Source: Cladosporium halotolerans (taxonomy: Eukaryota). Taken from it: a DNA stretch of 64,000 nucleotides. Positions 58,478 through 64,000 of the stretch are shown here, piece after piece. The notes below the pieces were generated by a model. That model had not been told where the DNA came from. It did no database searches and saw only the letters and a list, made by a program, of their open reading frames with translations. Position numbers and translations under genes: made by a program. Location: positions 372,001 to 436,000 of the forward strand of contig NW_027191468.1 of assembly GCF_011745625.1 (NCBI RefSeq), given 5' to 3'. The stretch's first letter is position 1. Each line of letters starts with the position of its first letter.

Positions 58478-59605
58478 ATGTCTTCTCTCTTACGTTCGTC
58501 ATTTGACGCCCCGCCACCTCCTCGTCCAAAGCCACAGCCGATCTCAGAATCCGATGAGAGTTCGTCAGATTCAAGCGCAGCCAGCGTCGATACTGTACGA
58601 CCAAATGAGCACGAGCAGGTCGCAGGCCCTTCACATTGGACCAACTATTTCGATCAAGAGCTTTGGCTAGACAAAGATCTTGCAGATGGGGCCACGGCCC
58701 GTTATCATGCCTACATCACGCCACCTACCAATCCAGCCAAAGACCCGCTCTTCGTCTGCCATCACGGCGCTGGTTCATCGGGCCTGTCTTTCGCCATCTT
58801 TGCAAAGGAACTCCGCGCCCTCCTCCCCAATGCTGGTGTGCTGTCTTTGGATGCCCGCGGTCACGGTTCCTCCATTCTCAATGCAACACGGCAAGAAGCA
58901 AGCCCTGACTATTCCCTCGAAACCCTCACGACCGACGCCTTGAACATACTACAATCCACGCAAGCACATTTTACCTGGCCACAACTCCCGCCTCTAGTCT
59001 TCATCGGCCACTCTCTCGGCGGTGCCGTTGTGACGAACCTCACCACCGTCCATGGCAAGCTCCTCGCTCCCACACTCATCGGCTACGCCGTGCTCGACGT
59101 TGTCGAAGGCTCCGCGCTTGAAGCCCTCGCACACATGAAATCCTACCTCGCTCAGCGGCCTTCCCTCTTCGATTCCCTCTCGTCGGCAATTGACTGGCAC
59201 ACCCGCACCCGCACTCTGCGCTCAGCCACCAGCGCCGAAGTCTCCGTGCCAAGCCTGCTGACCCAAACGCCTTCCGGCCGATTCGCATGGCGGACAGACC
59301 TCAACTCCACCGCACCGTGGTGGGAAGCTTGGTTTGCGGGTATGAGCGCGCGCTTCTTGGGCGGGCGCGGAGCGAAATTGCTGGTCCTCGCCGGCACCGA
59401 TCGGTTGGACAAGGAGCTCATGATCGGGCAGATGCAGGGCAAGTTCCAGCTCGAGGTAATTCCTGAGGCGGGACACTTTGTGCAGGAGGACGTGCCAGCG
59501 CGGCTGGCAAGCTTGGCGGTTGAGTTCTACCGTAGGAACGATCGCAGCCAGCTGGTGTTGCCACCTAAGGTTAGCGATATGATTGCGAAGGGGATGAAGG
59601 TCTAA
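58478..59605 (+). CDS. PPE1: Protein phosphatase (PP2A) methylesterase 1, PME-1, about 375 aa
   Basis: HHGAGSSGLSFA, DARGHG, GHSLGG, LDVVEGSA, LAGTDRLDKELMIGQMQGKFQL and GHFVQED. ATG 58478 is preferred over the in-frame ATG 58295. Confidence 0.95.
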   Translation: MSSLLRSSFDAPPPPRPKPQPISESDESSSDSSAASVDTVRPNEHEQVAGPSHWTNYFDQELWLDKDLADGATARYHAYITPPTNPAKDPLFVCHHGAGSSGLSFAIFAKELRALLPNAGVLSLDARGHGSSILNATRQEASPDYSLETLTTDALNILQSTQAHFTWPQLPPLVFIGHSLGGAVVTNLTTVHGKLLAPTLIGYAVLDVVEGSALEALAHMKSYLAQRPSLFDSLSSAIDWHTRTRTLRSATSAEVSVPSLLTQTPSGRFAWRTDLNSTAPWWEAWFAGMSARFLGGRGAKLLVLAGTDRLDKELMIGQMQGKFQLEVIPEAGHFVQEDVPARLASLAVEFYRRNDRSQLVLPPKVSDMIAKGMKV

Positions 59606-59974
59606 TACCTGGAGATCTCAGGTGGTGGTGAATCAGCGATTATAGACCTCACGTACAAAGTCTCACCTGGATTATTAAAGCACACTCCACGCCGCACTCA
59701 AGGGTTACCCTTCTGAGTTTGCTCAAAGCGTAAACGTGTGATGACCGATAGGCTGCACATCTCATTCTAGACGCAGCGGAGAAAGCCAGGGATACAAACG
59801 GGGTTGGTCACAGTATAAAGAGGGGCGGGGAACTATAGACACCTGAAAACAATCGCAAGACCTGCAAACTTCATTTCTGTATCTCCGTGCAGCATTCCCG
59901 TCTCATTGCTCGTGTTATCATCGCGAGAGTTAGCTTTGCTCATTGTCCTAAAAGAGGGTGGAGTCTAGATAGAT

Positions 59975-60008
59975 AAAGCCAGTGCTTTGCTAGTGAGGCA
60001 CTGGCTTT
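59975..60008. other. Perfect 11-bp inverted repeat (potential hairpin)
   Basis: aaagccagtgc (59975-59985), 12-nt spacer, gcactggcttt (59998-60008). Confidence 0.6.
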
Positions 60009-60048
60009 GTTAGTGAAGTGTCCAGGTTTGCTTCTAATGGTGCGCGTA

Positions 60049-60210
60049 TCATCTCCTCGTCTTCGCACACTTCATGTGCACATACCTTCACCTATGTGAA
60101 CAGGATGTATCTACGCGTGTTCACGCTTGTCTCATCTCCTCGCTTTCGCACGCTTCATGCAGTTACCTTCACCTACGTCAATCACTGTATTCACGCGTGT
60201 TCACGCTTCT
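60049..60210. repeat. Degenerate tandem duplication of about 80-83 bp; each copy contains ACGCGT
   Basis: tcatctcctcg..ttcgcac.cttcatg...taccttcaccta.gt...tgtat..acgcgtgttcacgctt begins at 60049 and again at 60132. Confidence 0.85.
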
Positions 60211-60441
60211 TTCAAGCAGGCTTGCAGTCACTCCGTTGACTCGTGAATGCCTGTGAATGCACGTCGTTTGGCAGCAGCGTCCGGAAGGTGCCGTGAGCCG
60301 TCTCAAAGCGACAATCGTCGCGTGAAATAATATGTAAACACCAACAAGCGGGCTTGATCGCTTCGACATCGCTCTTCTCTCTACTGCAACATTCTTCATC
60401 CGCGTATATACATCGATTCAACAGTTTTACCGATATAGACG

Positions 60442-61783
60442 ATGTCTAACGATCAAGTCAACAACGATCGTCTATCGCACGACATCTCTGAGCGCGAAGG
60501 GCGACTCCGGCGCCTTCTGGAGGAAGTTCTGGTCCGTATTCTCCCCTTACTTATAGACAGACTAAACGCTGACCAAATCACAGGAAGCCAGACACGCCGG
60601 TGAGAGCAACGAGGACGACTATGCCTCGTTTAGATATGGACAGGGCTGGTACGCTGAAGACCCAGGACAGGACGACTACGATCCTGCCTGGGGAGTCCCA
60701 TTCTCGATCCCGCACGTGACGCCTAGTCACGATGAAGAGCAGTCACCGGCAGATCACGTGCCCGGCCTGGAGAATCTCCCTGTTGACATGCAGCATGTGA
60801 ACACTCCTGAGCCTCACTTCTCCCCGGCCGGTCTTGCTCAGTCGTCAGGTGATCAGAGCGGGCAACACCCCTTGCCCGAGATGCTCCAGGATGGTGAATA
60901 TCTGCAACAGATTCACGCGTCGACTGAGCTGTCGCCGTTCGCTTCCCTCCCCTCCTCTCCGGAGCCTCCAAGCGCTCTAATCTCCTCACCTCCGCCGGTC
61001 GTACCTCAAAGCGGCATTTATCTTCCGGGAGCGTTGGCTCTGGCCGCTCCGACACCAGCGCCACAGGCCACGGCGCCCTCCATCGCCTTGCCTCCCAACA
61101 CAGGGCCTCATAGATACCTCCGCCCTCACCACGAGCGCCCGCCGGACAACGTTCTGTGGCCCATGAACATCGAGATCAGCATGATCGAGATTTGCACCTT
61201 CTGCCCGGACTGGCTCCTCAATCCGGAGGTCATCGCCCGCGCAATCCGCAACGGCTGGAACCGCGAGGCCATCGCCAAAGCGCAGCTGTACGCAACGGAC
61301 GAGCTCACACATGATAATTGGCTGCGTCAGAACGGCCGGATTCAGAAGCAGATCTCGTTCGGCGGCAAGTTGTTCGACAACGTCTCCATCGCCTCGATCA
61401 ACGACGGCGGAAGGCGATTCGACTCAGAATACTTCCGGAACCGCCATGGCCAGCAGCTCGATCTGACCGCGAACGGTTGGCGGCTCAAAGACACCTATCA
61501 GAACGCGAGAGTGTCGACCGAGTCAATCGGCCACATGCCTTTGTCGGCGCTGTACAACCGCGTCGTAAACTGGCCGTCTGGGGAGGATCGCATGCTCATG
61601 ACCCAGTGTCTGGAGTTTGCGAGGAACAACCAGCAGCTGAACCTGGATACCTCGCACTGGGATTGGATTATTCAGTCGCAGAACTTCGCGGCGCCGGCTG
61701 CGGCGCGTACGGGTGTGAACCGGGACGATGAGGCGCTCAGGAGACTCCACGAGAATGTCGATGATCCTGGACCCCGTCGGTGA
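60442..61783 (+). CDS. Hypothetical protein; exons 60442-60531 and 60584-61783 (429 aa), disordered N-terminal half and folded-looking C-terminal domain
   Basis: ATG 60442, then intron GTCCGT...GCTGAC...CAG joins in frame to the 355-codon ORF. Coding-type codon usage in EISMIEICTFCPDW...NWPSGEDRMLMTQCLEFA. Confidence 0.75.
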
Positions 61784-63546
61784 ATGTGTGGCAACTTCCC
61801 TTGGATTCCTGGTGCTCGGTTCTCGGAAAACTCGGTTGGCACCAGCAACACTACGGGTTTTGGGCATGGGTAAGTGACCGTTTTGCGATTTTGAGATGGG
61901 TCGAAGATGCGAGTGTGGTTTTTGGCTGAGTTTTTGGTCTTGTTTGCACGTTCAGCGAGCTTGTTCTGCGTTGGTTCTGGACTGAATTGCTTTGGACGGG
62001 AGTGTTCGAAACCGATACCCTGGCGCCGCTGTCAATGGCACTGGTGGGCGCATGGAGAGAGAGATGAATAGCTTTTTGTATGGAGGTTGGCGGACCGTCG
62101 TTTTGTAATGATCCCTCACTGAGCCCAACGCTCTTCCAAATGCTATCATCTGTTCTTCAGAAGAACGTGAAGTTTCTGGGAAGTGGTCCGAATCGTATTG
62201 CTGCCGCATGTCCCCTTGCGAGGCTTCGTGTCTTGCTAGTAGGATGGAGTAATTTGTCATATTACCATACCTCATGCTTCAGTGTCAGATCATTGGGAAC
62301 CCATGATATTCTACTGTGCATCGACAAGGACATCTCTACTGTCGTAACATGCCATGGAGGGGGCCTTCTGGCATGACTGAACGCTGTGGACGTACCAGAA
62401 ACCGGCAAGGCTGGCAATCGAGCGGCCGTGTACATGTGGACTAGAGTATGACCCCTTCAAATGGTGCATGAGGACGCGTGCATTGCAGTTGTTGCGGTTG
62501 TGGAATTATCGAACACGCAGCCGTGCTACGATGTTGATCTCACAAACAGGAGATATGCACGAGGGCGTAGCGTGCCTTGCAGGAGACCTGGGAGATACAA
62601 TATCAAGGCAACATTTCACTCTGTCGAGTTGCCTTATGAAAAAAATCGGGCGTGGCAAGTGGCAAGACAGCTGTAACATTCAGCCGTGCGGTGCGACCAC
62701 AGCTGAAGGCGCCAAGGCTGATGGGGGGACATCTTCACTCCGCGCTCGTACTTCTTTTTTGCCTCTTCTTTGGTCTTAGACATGCTCCTTTTCTGCAACC
62801 TGCAGTTTAATCAGCCGAGCGAGTTGCGCAAAGGACCTTGGTGATGTCTGTGAAGCGTACAGTACCCCGCCGTCTTTCAGGCATAGACCTGTTCCAGCCC
62901 GGTCACGTCAGCCCTCGTCTGATCGATGTGACTACCCGCGAACCTCAGCTCCATGTTTTCATTGCCTTACATCGCGAGTGACTGGGAGAAACATGCACTA
63001 CTTCTTGGTTGCTCTCAGCGGTCTAATGAGCGTTCTCGACCGTCACCGGTTGACTCTGTGGCAAGGCCATAATGGAAGCCATGACTTTGGCGGCAACCTT
63101 CCATTTCACCGATGGATTACAAAAAAGCTACGATCCCTCCTAAATAGACGAGTTCAAATATCACTGCGGTCACGCCATTTACATTGCTGAGCCATCTCGG
63201 CGATAAAAAGGTCGCGCCAGACCATTGGATGCACTATCTTTGTGACAGGCTACATAAGGTAGCTTGGCTTGCGGCCAATGCGTCTCAGCCTTGCCTATCA
63301 CCTGCCTTGACTAGATCCGCAAGGCTCAGGTAACGTCACACTCCTGCCGCTGAATCTATCTTGGTGCACAAGCAGCTTCTGCAAGACGGGGCTGTGCACT
63401 ACATGTACAGTACGTATGCGAGATTGCTGCAGTCGATCAAAGCAACGGTCGCGCATGTATAAAGTAAGCATGCTTGATCAAAACCTCTTACTTTGCACGC
63501 GTAATCCAGCTCACTGCTACTTACAATCATAAATCAAGCACACGTC

Positions 63547-63962
63547 ATGTTTGGGAAGATCAGCATCCATTGGTTTGGCCCGACCTCCATGCTAGCGGCC
63601 TTCATCACAGGTCTGGCCTTTGCGCTGGGTCATCATGTCTTTAACAACAGCCTCAACGACGAAGAAGTTCCTCAGGGTAACTATACCATATCGAGCTACA
63701 AGTCTGGCATCTCAAAACAGGAATCCTACCTCACAGCGGGAACCGCGTTCGCATTCGCTGTCCGAACTTGTTTGGTCATTGCCATATCTACTGCTTATGT
63801 TCAACTGTTCTGGAGGGCTCTTGCTACACAACTGTGTAACAGATCTTTCACTCTCGAGAATGTTGACAAAGCTTATTCAGCACTTCGCAATGCCACTTTG
63901 CTCGCCAACTTCTCAGGCTGGAGGTCTTTCCCAATGATGTTCGCTATTGCGCTGAAAGCTTG
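63547..63962 (+). CDS. First exon of a fungal membrane hypothetical protein, truncated by the window end
   Basis: Hydrophobic segments (MLAAFITGLAFALGHHVF; GTAFAFAVRTCLVIAISTAYVQLFW), GTATGT donor at 63963, TATAAA near 63458. Confidence 0.7.
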
Positions 63963-64000
63963 GTATGTTTTTGGTCATTGAAGCATCACGTCGAGACTGA

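Noticed and set aside
61800..63500. Short ORFs of 70-107 codons in the spacer before the last gene
   Set aside because: No consistent exon chain, codon bias or recognisable motif; no transposon termini seen.
1..64000. Search for tRNA, rRNA, snRNA, transposase or reverse-transcriptase ORFs, secondary-metabolite cluster genes and stop-readthrough PTS1 (TGA-CTA)
   Set aside because: None recognised by eye. Small ncRNAs could be missed without tRNAscan-SE or Infernal.

Overview
Gene-dense genomic DNA from a filamentous ascomycete fungus. Pezizomycotina is supported by the fungal elongation factor eEF3 and by short GT-AG introns with CTAAC/CTGAC branch sites. Dothideomycetes is only my impression from the protein sequences. 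About 24 protein-coding genes are present, mostly housekeeping: NPL4, a Zn-cluster-less fungal transcription factor, MIL1/DUF726, UTP23, a membrane alpha/beta-hydrolase-fold protein, PRP16, PMS1 (MutL), UCH37, an OM14-like protein, eEF3, an MDR oxidoreductase ending in a PTS1, an APH-like kinase, a GNAT acetyltransferase, a LYR-like protein, SWI6/cdc10, TRM44, GNA1, a Skg3/Caf120-like PH protein, an RGS membrane protein, RRN3, PPE1 and several hypothetical proteins. I recognised no tRNA, rRNA, transposon or CRISPR element. The most interesting signals are gene-expression mechanisms read from the sequence. (1) NPL4 appears to have two alternative, homologous C-terminal ends, only one of which carries an NLS-like basic tail. 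(2) The OM14-like gene has a start codon that exists only after splicing (A|TG) and depends on which of two nearby acceptors is used. (3) The PH-domain gene has a +1 frame discontinuity at CTT-CGA-CCC-CGA-G with no clean intron solution. (4) UCH37 needs a GC-AG intron. (5) SWI6 has chained uORFs. (6) A C-rich to G-rich compositional switch recurs near gene 3' ends. All gene models are manual inferences without RNA data or database searches.
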